A program made the position numbers and the translations under genes. Shown piece after piece: positions 1 through 12,641 of a stretch of 64,000 nucleotides of DNA. The notes under the pieces were generated by a model. The model made no database searches. It was not told the DNA's origin and was given only the letters and a program-made list of their open reading frames with translations. The stretch's first letter is position 1; every line of letters starts with the position of its first letter. Source of the stretch: the human T2T-CHM13v2.0 reference genome, Homo sapiens; assembly GCF_009914755.1 (NCBI RefSeq), contig NC_060933.1; one strand, written 5' to 3'.

Positions 1-11
1 TGGGGTTTTGG

Positions 12-85
12 GAACAGGGACCATGTTTTAATAATCTCCATATCCCCAGCACAGAGTGGGTGCTAGAAAATGTATTGTTGAATCA
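12..85 (+). mobile_element. L2 LINE 3' tail fragment
   Basis: cagggaccatgt...tatccccagcacag...tattgttgaat resembles the L2 3' end. Confidence 0.55.
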
Positions 86-1084
86 AAGGATAGTTGAGTA
101 GGGGGCCTGCAGATGGCAAGGCGGGACAGGGCCCTGCAGCCTGAAGAAACTGCATGAGCAAACGCTGGAGGTGGTCACAGTGCCAGGTAAGGCTGAAGGG
201 GGAGTGGCAGAGAACTCACAGCTGGAGGGATGTACAGGGCTGCCCACTTCAACCCCTCCACCTCTCTCAGAATGCTGAGCTCATTCTAGAGCCCCAGCAG
301 CAGCCTTCCTGGAGATAATCCAGCTGCACTTGAAGTCTCTGGAGACATGGAGCTCATTCTTCCCTTGACATTGCTTTGTATCTTGGGCGTCTCTGATGGA
401 TACAAAATGAACTTCTTTCTTAAATGAAGTGGGCATTGATTCTTTTTGGAGCACCTACTGCTCCTCAAGCTGCCTGCTTCTTTGGTGCTACATTGCCCAG
501 GGCCTTCAGTGCCAGGCCAAGGAGTTTCATCTTTCTTCTGCGTGCAGAGGGAGCCCTGGGCAGCCTCTGAGCAGGAGGACCATGAACGGGTGGAGCTCTG
601 CTTAGGAAGGTGACTCTGCTGGCCCATCTGGGGCTGGAGTCCTAGAGGCAATACAGCCTGAAGTCTGTGTTTCTGCACCTAATCACACTCATTGCTTGAA
701 TTTATGGACCTGAGGTCAGAAAACCAGTGACAACTATTTCTGTTGCCTGACAAGCAAATCCAGGGCTTGTGACCCTGGGTATGGGCTGGGAGGAGGCACA
801 TGTAAAAGTTTGTATCTTAGGGTCAGCCAGGTCTAGGTATCTTGGAAGCCAGTGCCTCCCAAACTCCCTTGCCCCTCTGGAGTCTGTCTGCAGAACCAGA
901 TGGTAGGCAGGTGTGGGCACCTAGGGTCTTGGGGTGAAGGGAGGCTCTAGCTCTCCTCTGGCCCTGACAAAGCTGATGGCCATTGTGAGGACTGGCATTC
1001 AGTGAGAGAGGCACTCAGCCCTCCACCCTGAGGTCAAGGCTTGCACTAAGGTGGGCCCATAGCACCTTCACCCACCCCAGGAGC

Positions 1085-1320
1085 CCCACTGACCTTTGCA
1101 TTCTCCAAAAAAAGTCAAGGTGATGACAAGACACATCTATCGCATCTCAGCCATCATTGCAGTTGAAAGATGGGCCCGGAGCAGGTGGACTGCTTCAATT
1201 ATGATGGATGAGGACGGTGACAGCTCTCGGGAGAGCCGCGGGAACCTGGCAAGTGCTCACTCAGCTATGACTCCTCTGGTAGCAATTTGACAAGATCAGA
1301 GCACTTTATGGAAGTGGAAA
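1085..1320. promoter_or_regulatory. Candidate enhancer with PBX-HOX and MEIS sites
   Basis: TGATGGATGA 1202-1211, TGACAG 1218-1223, TGACAA at 1124 and 1288, in non-repeat DNA with several CpGs. Confidence 0.4.
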
Positions 1321-1711
1321 GTTTGGGGACCTCGGGGTTTGCTTGGCCCGGGGACTCTGGCTGCGGAAGCCCTCTGCCAGCAACACAGGGCGCTTCCTAC
1401 AAGGGCCAGCGAGGGGGAGGCAGGAGCAGCCCTTGGGGAGGGGCTCTGCCTCAGGAGATCTCCTGGCCCTGGGACCAAGCCTGTGACGTGCCTGCTTGAG
1501 TCTCTTTCCTGCCACTGAGAACGGCCCCCTGCTACCAACCAGGTGACATCATGGCTCCAGCCACAACCTCACAGGACAGCTGGGCATCTCCTCTGAGCCA
1601 GGCCCTGTGCAGAGCACTGAGAGAGAGTGGTGAACACCTCTGAGGTCACTTCCTGTCCTCAGGGCATTCTCCCTGTAGATTCCAAGGGGACTGGACAGCC
1701 CCATCTGTGGT

Positions 1712-1852
1712 CAGATGTGACACTGGGCATGTCACCTCTTCTCTCTGAGCTTTGGTTGGGTCATTTCTTTATGAGGATGGCGGTTGTGTATTAAGTGAGG
1801 TAAGCTATGAGGAGCACTCAGCTTATCAAAGGTGGTATTCAATAAATGTTAG
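1712..1852 (+). mobile_element. MIR fragment
   Basis: tgtgacactgggcatgtcac...ctctgagc...gttgtgtattaagtgag...caataaatgttag. Confidence 0.6.
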
Positions 1853-2305
1853 ATTTCCTTCCTGACCAATTCAGCTGTCCTTTGGTACATTTCTTTATTT
1901 ATTCAGCAAATTTGGCAGAGCCCTTCTTGTGTGCCAAGCACTGGGCTTGGCTTCTGGGAATTAGATGCGGTTGTAGAAGAGGGGCTGACAGCTTTATCTG
2001 CTTAGGGATGAGGATGTGGTTGGATTAGACAGTCCCTTGGCCCTCGCTGCCCTGCAGTGCTTTCTGGGCAGAGGCATCCATCTTGCAGAATGATGGCCAG
2101 GCATAGTCCTGGCTGCAGTGCTCCTGGAAGCTGAGGCCCTGGTGACTCCTGGGCATCCCAGGCACTGGTGGGTTTCTCTGCATTAATTCTGCTCTGAAGC
2201 CAGGATTCTGGGGAGTCTTTACTCCAGATAGTAACCTTTCTAGAGCGAGAAGGGATCCCTCAGCACGGGCAGCTTGACCCAGAGGTGCTCCAGTTCCTCA
2301 AATTC

Positions 2306-2594
2306 TTTTTTTTTTAGAGGGAGTCTCGCTCTGTCACCAGGCTGGAGTGCAGTGGCATGATCTCAGCTCACTGAAACCTCCGCCTCTCAGGTTCAAGCGA
2401 TTCTCCTGCCTCAGCCTCCTGATTAGCTTGGACTACAGGAGCACAACCACCACACCCAGCTAATTTTTGTATTTTTAGTAGAGATGGGGTTTTTACCATG
2501 TTGGCCAGGATGGTCTTGATCTCTTGACCTCGTGATCTGCCCGCCTCGGCCTCCCAAATTGCTGAGATTACAGCCGTGAGCCACCGTGCCGGCC
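2306..2594 (-). mobile_element. AluSc-like SINE
   Basis: Full Alu; ctgtcaccagg and ggatggtcttgatctcttgacctcgtgat are Sc-type; TSD-like ctc(a/g)aattctt. Confidence 0.9.
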
Positions 2595-4197
2595 ATCTCG
2601 AATTCTTGTTAAGCAACTGTTGTCTACCCTGGGGGGAGAAGCAGACAAGACTCAGCCACATCCTGCCCTCTAGGAGTTCTTGGGCTGGCAGAGGGAGAAT
2701 GAGGCATCAGGCATTGAATAGCATGCAGTGCTGGTAAGGAGGCCGCGGGGAGGTTCTGAGGAAGGTGGCGTCCATTCTGGCAGGGAGATCAGGGAAGGCT
2801 TCTCTGGATACAGAGGGACACCGGAAAGAGCTGAGGAGCACCACATGCGTGCCCGCACTGAATGCACCCAGGCAAACCCCCTCCACTGGGCCTCAGCGTC
2901 CACATCTGCACGGTGACAAGGCTGCCTCTGTGGTTTTGCCTCAGTCCTCCTGGCCCGGACACTGGTAGGCTCAGGTCTCCATGTTCCCCTTAGAGTCAGT
3001 GCCCAGGCGAGTTGCTCTACAATCCTCCCTGGTAACTGCAGTTTCACTTGAGACTTCCCTGTGTATCCCAGACAACCAAAGGCAGCCCCGAGGGGCCCCT
3101 GCTGCACCCCAGCCCCCACCTGGGGAAAGATGCCAGCACAATTTTACAGAGATTGAGTAAATATTGCTATGTGTTTTACTGAACTATTGTTATTTTATCT
3201 GGGGAAGAGAAGATGTTGATGTCGGTGACAAAAATATTAAAATCACATACTAGCTGTGTGTCCTTGGGAAAGTTATACTCTCTCTGGGCCTTAATTTGCT
3301 CCTCTATGAAATGGGAGCTTTAGTCCTACTTGATCTCCTCTCTGGGATTGTGTAAAATGCTGACTCCACGAAACAGCTGACAGAGAAGAGATGTGGTGAG
3401 GGAGGGATGGTGGGGGAAAATGATCTCTAAAAAAGTCGTGGCCAAAGTGAGGAATGGCTCTTCCCTGCTCTCAGAGCCTCTTGTTGCTGTGTGTGTTTTG
3501 GTGGGTGAGGGGTGGCATAGGGCAGTGTTGCAGCTTTTCCCCTTCTAGCACAAGTGGCCAGATACAGGGCTGCTTTCTCCTGTTTGCCTCTCAGGCTACC
3601 TCTCAAGAGGACCTCTTATTCTACGCATAAAGCCTCTGGCAGGAGAAAGGCATGCAATGGAGAGAAGTGCTTTTCAATGGAGCAGACCCCCATCAAGGTG
3701 GAGGAGCCCACACAAGCCCCTGAGCTCACCTGGGTTATTGCTTGGACCTTCTCCTCTGGTTTAATCTCTGCCCTAACCATCCCTTCATGGCAAAAAGAAG
3801 AGACCCAACCCAGAAGCCACAGAGCAGGCCTGTGGACCGAGGACTCTGCTTTTGCTCCGCCCTCCCTTCCCCATCCCCACCATGTCTCCTTGTCTAGGAA
3901 CCGAACCCTCAGCTCAGACCTTTCAGCATTTTTAAGACTGGGAAGGTTTTCCAGTGTCTCCTTCAAGTTGCCAAGTCTATGTTCATGAGTGGAGGCAAAG
4001 AGCTTGGGCTTTGGGGTCCAGCTGACCTGGATTTGATCCCTGGCCCTGCCACTTTCTAACTGGATGACAGTGGGCAGATAATTTACCCTTTCTGAGTCTC
4101 AGTTTCCTCACCTGCAAAATGGGTATTATAATAGTGCCTATTTCACAGGATGGTTGTGAGGAATAATGAGATAATGTGTGCAACATCTGTGTGAACT

Positions 4198-4990
<793 letters not shown>

Positions 4991-5254
4991 TAAAATTACT
5001 TAGCCTAGTACCTGGCTTATAGCAAAGGCTCTATAAGTGGTGGCTCTAAGTATTAAGTCAGACTCTGCGGCTTGACATTGGTGCTGAATTTCCATCTCCA
5101 TTTATCCCTGGCCACCCTGTTGTGTGCACTTGTGTATTCTCTCTGCCACCCGGCACCCAAGACTCTAGGGCTGCCTGAGTGAAACACGAAGCTGGTGGGT
5201 GGCTCGCGGCCTGAGCCTGCCTGGTGAGGACGGCAGCAGCTCCGGCCCATACAA

Positions 5255-5275
5255 AGCAGCACCATGGACAGTGGC
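5255..5275 (+). promoter_or_regulatory. REST/NRSF RE1 (NRSE) silencer site
   Basis: AGCAGCACCATGGACAGTGGC: 17/21 match to TTCAGCACCATGGACAGCGCC with the CAGCACC-NN-GGACAG core intact. Confidence 0.8.
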
Positions 5276-7354
5276 AGACCAGCCTGAGAATGCCTGCCAC
5301 CACGCCAGACACAACCGAGCTGCCGACATCCTTCCCCATGTCGGGGCCTGATAATGAACAAGTAATTTATGTCCAGGAGTCAGTGGAGCCTGTCTCGGGC
5401 CAGGGCTGAAATGTGACTACGAGGGATTCCTATGAAGGTCATCGCCCTGCTCTTGTCACTGCTAAGGGTTGTCTGTAAATGGCATCCCTCGGAGGCATCA
5501 CCTTGCTCTCCTGGCTTCTTTGTGGGGATAAGGGTGCACTTTTGAGAAGGTGAGTTGAGAAAAGCACTGGGCTTCTTTTGAGCCATGCCCTTGCAGTGGC
5601 CCAGGAATTCTTGTCAAGTGTGACCTCAGATGTCTCATGGGTGAGAAGGGGTGACCCAGGGTGGACTGACACGTGAGAGGCTGTGCAGAATCTGTGAGTG
5701 GGGAGGGCAGGAATTGGGCATCCTTCATTGGGGACAAAATAGCTCCAAAGACCTTCTGTCTAAATTAATTTGAATCAAACTCCAGATATGACAAGAATGG
5801 TGTTCTGGTGACAAAGTAACAGAGCATCTTTTTTGAGAGTATGAAAAGAGGGGAAGGGATAAAGGAGAAAGCACTAGGCTGGAGGGTAGGTGAATCATGA
5901 AACCCCTTCCTATGGGACTCAGTTTCCCCACCATTTCGTGGATTGGAGAGGCTTCACCATTCTGGGATGCGGTCAGAGTATGGTTTAATGGTCCCATTTT
6001 ATGGATGAGGAAACTGAGACTTAGAGGTTAAGTTGTACAGATTTCACATTCCAGACTTGGGCCTTTGGATTCCTAACCCAGTTCCATGTATTGCCCAGCC
6101 TCATATGCTGTTTATAGAAACTATGGGATCTCTCTTCAGCAGAGAGGTCTCATGGAGTCCTCCCAGCAGCGGCCCAGAGGCCCCCATTCTGTCCCACTGT
6201 CATTTCAAAGTAAAATTCCTCTGGAAATTGCCATGCTGCCTCCTGTTAGAGAGGGTGCAAGGGGAGAGGGTGCTCCTGGAGGAAAGATTTATTTTCCATG
6301 GGAGGTTTGGTGATTTGTGTGTGCATTGCCTCAGCTGGGAGGGGTCACCTTCCAGTGGAGGGGCTGAAAGTGGGATCATGCCCTTGTTCCTGCGCCATGG
6401 GGCCCCCCCCGTCAATGCCATCCTTTCAGCTTCACTTCCTCTTTCCATGTTGCAGCTGGAGTGTCTGGCCTGAAACATGATCAATACACTATGAGCTGAG
6501 TGCTGCAGTTTTCTTTTCCTCCCAGGTGGGAACTACATTTAAATTTACTTGAAGGTTAAAAAAACAACACCTTCTATGAGGGGAATTTAAAAAAAGAATG
6601 GGTTGGGAATCTCCTATTAACAGGAGAACGTATCACCCCAAACCAAATGAGCCCTGTTTGCCGCTCACCCCACAGCTGAGCTGAGCCTGCTCTGGACATG
6701 TGGGCCCTGGTGACCACATCACAGGGCCTGGACAGTGTTCACTGGGTAGAGGGATGCTGATGGCTTGGTTGGCTCCTGTGGTTGGGCTTTTAGAAAATAC
6801 CCCTAAACACAGCTTTTCCTTTTAGTTCCCTTTTGCAGAACTCCAGGAAGCAGGTAGGTCATGGATTACCAGGTCCATTTCACAGATGAAGAGATGTCAC
6901 TCAGAGAGGAAGAGTGGAAGAGAACAGCCACCAGGCTGCAGGCACTCCCGCAGGGCCCTTTCTGCTGCATTTCTGCCAGCCCCCAACCAACGGCAGGTGC
7001 AGAAGGGGCTGCACAGACATACAGGGCTCTGGGGCACCTGGCCAGATGCTGCCTGAGCAGGCTGGGGGAGGTGGTTTCCTTCACATGGTCTCAGAGCTGA
7101 GAGTCCCTGAGCTCTACACACCTTGGACTGTGTTCCTTCTGTTCTTCTAATGCTCACTGTCTTTGTCTGTGAGAATATCCCAATCACAAACTGTATTGGC
7201 TTTTATTTTTAGGGGGAGATTTGCAAAAGGGGATACACGTCTATTCGGAAATATTCGGAATGTAAAGCTGAAAGGGGGGGTGGTAATCTCACCCCTGCCT
7301 CCCCTGTCTGGCTGTACCCTTCTTCACTGCACCTCACTACCAGGGAGAGTTGGC

Positions 7355-7720
7355 TCTCCCTGGAGTCAGACAGACTTCATCCAAGTCTCAGCCCCACCAC
7401 ATCCCAGCTGTGTGACATAGGGGAGGTCACCTAACTTCTCTGAACCTCCGTCTCTTCACCTACAAAAGGGGATAATAATTAGGGTGACTGTTAAAGTCAT
7501 CCAGATGGGGACACTATTGAGAGTGAAAGTTGGCACTCTTAATAAGCACGTTGGGACAGTGGGCGTGGACCAGGGCTGTCCTGGCAAACCAGGATATTCA
7601 GGCACTTAGTGATAATAGAAGTACCTACTCATAGGTTGTTGTAAGAATGAAATGCTAAAAATGCAAAGGTTAACTTGCATAGAGCTGGGAGTACAAATTC
7701 TTGATGTAAGATAGCTTTAT
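7355..7720 (+). mobile_element. MIR split by MER94
   Basis: tggagtcagacag...ctgtgtgac...aaaaggggataata, resuming as gtacctactcataggttgttgtaag. Confidence 0.7.
7480..7608 (-). mobile_element. MER94 (hAT-Blackjack) MITE
   Basis: tagggtgac...gggacactattgagagtgaaag...ctgtcctggcaaaccagga; flanked by gataata(a/g). Confidence 0.7.
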
Positions 7721-9483
7721 TGTTGTTATTTTGTGTTCTCTTTTCATCTCAGGAGACTGTGTGACCTTCTTTTGAGACTGGAGAGAATAGAGTGGTCTGA
7801 TCTGGGATTCCTCACCTTCTGCACATGTGTAATTCTATGCAGTGCTGGTATTTGCCTTCTCTCCTAAGGCCGGGCTTTGCAAATGATCCCAATGGCTCTT
7901 AAGCCTCCCTGATTGGAGCCCTCTGACCATGATGGTGCGAGGTTGGTCATATGTGGTCCCAAGAGGTCACTGGTTAAGACCTTGGAGGGCACACATCTCT
8001 GAATTGGGATGAAGGTCACATTTGTAAGTTTGTTCCTCTGGCTTCTCTTGCTGATGCTTCCCATTGCTTATTACGGGATGTGTGTTGTTAGAGTGATGGG
8101 TGAGTGGAGGGAAGGATGCTGCTGTTTAGAGAGAGGTTAAGCCTAGACAACCCTTCTGGAAATCTCCAAACATTCTGGGAGTTGGCCTGGGGAGAGGAGG
8201 TGACCAAATCCACTCCTGTGGGCTAAGATTAGACAGTCAGGCTGGTCTCTGTCCTGACATGATTCCCTGGAGACTTCAGAGAAACCAGCTACCAAGGGGG
8301 TCCTGGTAATTCAGCAAAAACACAGAATATCAAAATAATTGGGAATCTTGCCATCCCTGGTGTTATTAACCACAGTGTACATTTTAAGGCCAGATCTTCC
8401 AGCTGATGAGTGTATAGGCATGTGTAGTCCACGGGAAGGAATTTTGTAGTTCAAAGTAGATGCACCCAAATGTAACTTGACTTTCTCTGTAACTGGGCTT
8501 TCCTTCTATCCTGCGCTCCTGTTCTGCCTGATGCACAGAAATCAATCAGTAGCGATTTCTTACTGAAGTCATAATTATTCAGGGACTTCCTGATGCTCTC
8601 AGCTGAGCTCTGTCACACTCAGGTTTGCTTCCCCTGTCAGGGTTTTCTCTCCATCCCACCTTCTGGGTTGAGGCTAAGTGGTGAGGAAGGGACTGTGCCT
8701 CTTCCCTTCCGGCCTGGGCAGGAGTGGCCCCTTTGGGCTGGAAACCCACTGGGTGTGGCCGCATCTGCCCATGCCCTTCGTGGGAGGGCTGTCCTAGCCA
8801 CGAACCTCTCCCTGGCTCATGACCGCTTCCAGCCAACTTCAGTGCCCCATTTGGGAGTCTTGAGAATGTCCTGAATGTCCTTCCATGCAGTTCCGGGCTG
8901 CAGGGAACTGGAGGGGTCGGGGCTACCCTGAGCCTCTCATGTCTAGATGAACCATGTCACTCACGTATTCTCCAGTGACTGCTTCCTTGGCAGCACTAGG
9001 TGTAGGCCCAGGAGCTCTGTGTCCTGGCGGCTCCACACTTATCTGGGGGCTTTTAGCATCTTCTCCCCTCCTGTGAGATTTGGCCCAAAGGAGTAGGTGG
9101 CAGAGTTCAGGGCTGTCCCACACCAGCAACTGAGCTACAGCTTCATCTGCAGACTTCTCCTCCTCTCCAGGCCTGGGTGCATTTTATCTCGTCGGGGTGG
9201 GCAGGGGATAACTGATTCTAGTGGGTCATGGCCCCTCCTAATTTGTTCATCCTACACCTAGACTGTGGATCCTGAACTGAAAACCTCAGAACTTGGGACT
9301 TCTGTTCTTTGGTCCTTTCTGACAACTACCCCAAGGGATAGTGGTGGGAGTGGACTGGAGCATGACACGCTCTCATGGGGAATGATGGTTGTGAGGTGAA
9401 AGGGGGTGCTGGGGAGACAAGGAGACATGTCAGGTAACATCTCAGATTTGTGTCCCGTGATGGAGATTTACAAGGAGAGCAGG

Positions 9484-10353
9484 CAATGTGGAGCAACAGG
9501 GACTCTCATTCATTGCTGGTGGGAATACACAATGGTACAGCCACTGTGGAAGACAATTTGGCGGTTTTTCAAAAAATGAAGCATACTCTTACCATATGAC
9601 TCAGCAATCATGTTCCTTGGTGTATGCCCAAAACAAAGGAACTGAAAAATTGAAATTTTATTTTGTCTACAAAAACACCTTAACTTGGATGTTTATAGCA
9701 GCTTTATTCCTAATTTCCAAAACTTGGAAGCAGCCAAGATATCCTTTGGTAGGTGAATAGATAAATAAACCATGGTGCATGTGTTCAGGGGGCTGCTGGG
9801 CTCCACCTTGCCATACGATCTTGGACAATGTATAATGGAACGTTACTCAGTGCTAAAAAGAAATGTGCTATCAAGCCATGAGAAGACATGGAGGAAATTT
9901 CAATGCATATTACAGAGTGAAAGAAGCCACTGTGAACAGGTACATACGGCATGACATTCTGGAAAAGGCAAAACTATGGAGAGAGTAAAAAGCTCAGTGG
10001 TTGCCAGGAGAGAGGGAGAGAGAAGGTTGAGTAGGCAGAACACAGAGGATTTTTAGGGCAGTGAAACTACTCTGATATTCTAATGATGGATAGATATCAT
10101 TATACATTTGTCCAAACCCATATAATATACAACACCAAGAGAGAACCCTAACGTGAACTATGGACTTTGGGTGATTATGATGTGTCGTTGCAGGGTCATC
10201 AATTGTAACAAATGCATTACTCTGGTGGGGACATTGGTGGCAGGGGAGGCTGTGCGTGTGCAGGCATGTGGGGTGTACAGGAACTCTTTGCACCTTATGC
10301 TCAGTTTGCTGTGTATCTAGCACTGCTCTAAAAAACAAAGTCTATTTAAAAAA
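9484..10353 (+). mobile_element. L1MC1/2-like 3' fragment (ORF2 end plus 3'UTR)
   Basis: ctatcaagccatgagaagacatggagg...ggaaaaggcaaaactatggag...tatacatttgtccaaacccata...aaagtctatttaaaa. Confidence 0.85.
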
Positions 10354-10354
10354 C

Positions 10355-10640
10355 AGTCACATCACGTATACTGTGTTATTAACTTCTTTTTATACACCAT
10401 GAATATTTACCACTGTCATCACATATTCTTTTATAATATAGTTTGTAATGAGTATGCCATATTTCATTGTATGCAAGTTTCGTAACTTAACTATTTTCCT
10501 AGTTTTGGATGTTTAAGTTTCCTTTTTCTTTTCTCTAAGAAAAAAATGCTAGATGAGTTTCCTTGGACATAATCTTCATGCAAATTTCTATTCCCTCTAA
10601 ATAAATAAGGATATTTATTTTCACGTAAATAGTTGAGGAT
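10355..10640 (-). mobile_element. Old L1M(E)-like fragment
   Basis: AT-rich sequence with atatttcattgtatg...ttggatgtttaagttt resembling antisense old L1. Confidence 0.5.
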
Positions 10641-10952
10641 TTCCCACATCATCCCAACACAAGCTCTTGTGCACATTTCCACAGATACACGCATAGACAC
10701 AGAGAAACACAGAAACACAAAGCCACGTGCAGTCTTGACTTCACTGTAGAGAATTCAGCTCATCTGCTTTGAATCTAGACACAATAAAAATATCCCCCTC
10801 TTTCCAGGTGCCACCAGGAAGTGAAGGCACTTGAAGGCATCTGTGCAGGAGGATGACAACTGCAAACATTAATCACCCCAAAGTGTCCTAGCCTCCTTTG
10901 CAGTTGTCACCCTCCTGCATGGATGGCCTGTACAGATGTCTTCGCTGGGCAG

Positions 10953-11071
10953 TAGAGTGACCAACTCATCCCAATTTGCCTGGGACTTTACTAGTTTTAG
11001 CACTGAAAGTCCCTGACTCTGAGAACCTCTCCCAACCTGTCCTGATAAAACTAGGATGGCTGGTCACCCTA
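10953..11071 (+). mobile_element. MER81 (hAT-Blackjack) MITE
   Basis: TIRs tagagtgacca...tggtcacccta; internal ttttagcactgaaagtccc. Confidence 0.8.
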
Positions 11072-11479
11072 AAAGGCAGAGGGTGGGGCTGGGTCCCTCT
11101 CCTTCAGTGCTGGCCTCTTCCCCTCATGGGCAGATATCAGGTGCACTGGGCTTACCCCGAGGGCATTGGGGAAGCTTAGGGACTAAGAAAAGTTTGATGC
11201 TGTTGGAACACAGCCTGAAGCCCACTGGTGCTCTTGAAGGGAAGCAAAGGAAAACTGTGTGTTCAGGGGCCTTCTGGGCTCAGCCCTGCCAGATGAGTTG
11301 ACTAAACCTATCTCCATCTCATTTGCCCAGTGGGCGTCGGGGACTTATCGCCTTCTTCTGAGGAGTGACATCAGCCTCCAGTTCGTTCACCCATCTGCAG
11401 CCACTCCCCTTCCAAGCCAGTTCCAAGCCTCAAACGTATCTCTGCTCAAAGTCTGTGATGACACTCCATTGTCGTTGGG

Positions 11480-11730
11480 ATGGTAGGATGGTGTGGGTGG
11501 AACACAGATTTTGGAATCAAACAGATCAGGGTTCAAGCTCCAATGTTATCAGGCTATGTGACTTTCGACAAAGCCCTTGATTTTTCATTTTCCTTATTTA
11601 TAAATGAAAACAAAATCTCCCCTGTAGGGCTAAAGGGAGAAGTAAATTAAATAAGATAACACATTTATAAAGTGCCCTGCACAATGTTTGCTACATGGTA
11701 AGTATAAAACAGTCAGTCACTATTGTTCTG
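11480..11730 (+). mobile_element. MIR
   Basis: ttggaatcaaacagatcagggttcaagctcc...ctatgtgacttt...ataagataac. Confidence 0.65.
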
Positions 11731-11849
11731 ACGATTTAGAACATCATCCAGAGACCCCAGACTGGGGTCATTCAGCAACCCCCCACCCTGACCTTGCCTT
11801 CAGCTCTGGGTTCATATTCACATCACCCACACCTACACTCACACCCCCA

Positions 11850-12220
11850 CTTCTGCTGCCCATACTTCTTACTATTCTCCAGGTAAGTCCTTTCCTTTCT
11901 GGCCACACGCTTTTGCTGATTTACTCCCTTGCCTGGAACTCCAGTCCCCTGTTGAAGCTCCTACTCATCCTACCGTAGCCCCATTCCACCTCCTCCAGGA
12001 AGTCTTCCCCAACACCCCCAGATGAAATGGAGCTTTGCTTCCTCCTTGCTCTACCATTTGCTTTCTCCAGCTTGCACTTAGAGACTGGCCTTGCAGTCAG
12101 AATGGTTTCCTCTATGGCTATTTGCATCCATATCTCTTTTCCCCTATAGATCTTGGGCTGCTTGAGGGCAGAGTCTGTGACCTGCTCATCTCTGCCAGCC
12201 TCAGAGCCTAGCACAGAACT
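11850..12220 (+). mobile_element. L2 fragment
   Basis: tgcctggaa...cacctcctccaggaagtcttccc...cttgagggcagag...gcctagcacag. Confidence 0.6.
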
Positions 12221-12641
12221 TTGCACAGAGCAGCTGCTCCAGTGAAAGTGTTCATTGTCCTAAGAGAGTGGTGGACACTGGGCACTGTGGAAAAACAGAG
12301 GGCGAAGGAATCACCTGCCTGGGGAGCATGGCATGTTATAGAGAAGGTGGCCTGGGCACTCAGCTTTGAAAGAGCAGGAAGGTAGAAGAGAAAAAGAGAC
12401 AGAGGAACAGATAATCCAGGCAGAAGATGAGTGTGGGCAAAAGCCTGTGGGGAGGAAAATGTGTGTTTAGGGAAAAGCAAGGGGTCCTATTGCTGAAGGC
12501 TGGGATGGGTGCAGGTGTCACAGAAAGCCAGGTTGGAATCTGGCCGAGGAGGGAGATGCCCAACCACCCCAGTTCTTGCTTGCTTGACTGTGAACACTCT
12601 CTAGCTGGTATGGCCCAGGTGCACCAGAAGGATGCAGAGAA

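Noticed and set aside
1096-1290. 64-aa ORF in constrained-looking DNA
   Set aside because: Non-ATG start, no convincing splice sites, no recognisable family; a regulatory reading fits better
9488-10338. ORFs with LINE-like peptide (also at 31805-32517 and 34921-35310)
   Set aside because: Broken L1 ORF2/3'UTR remnants
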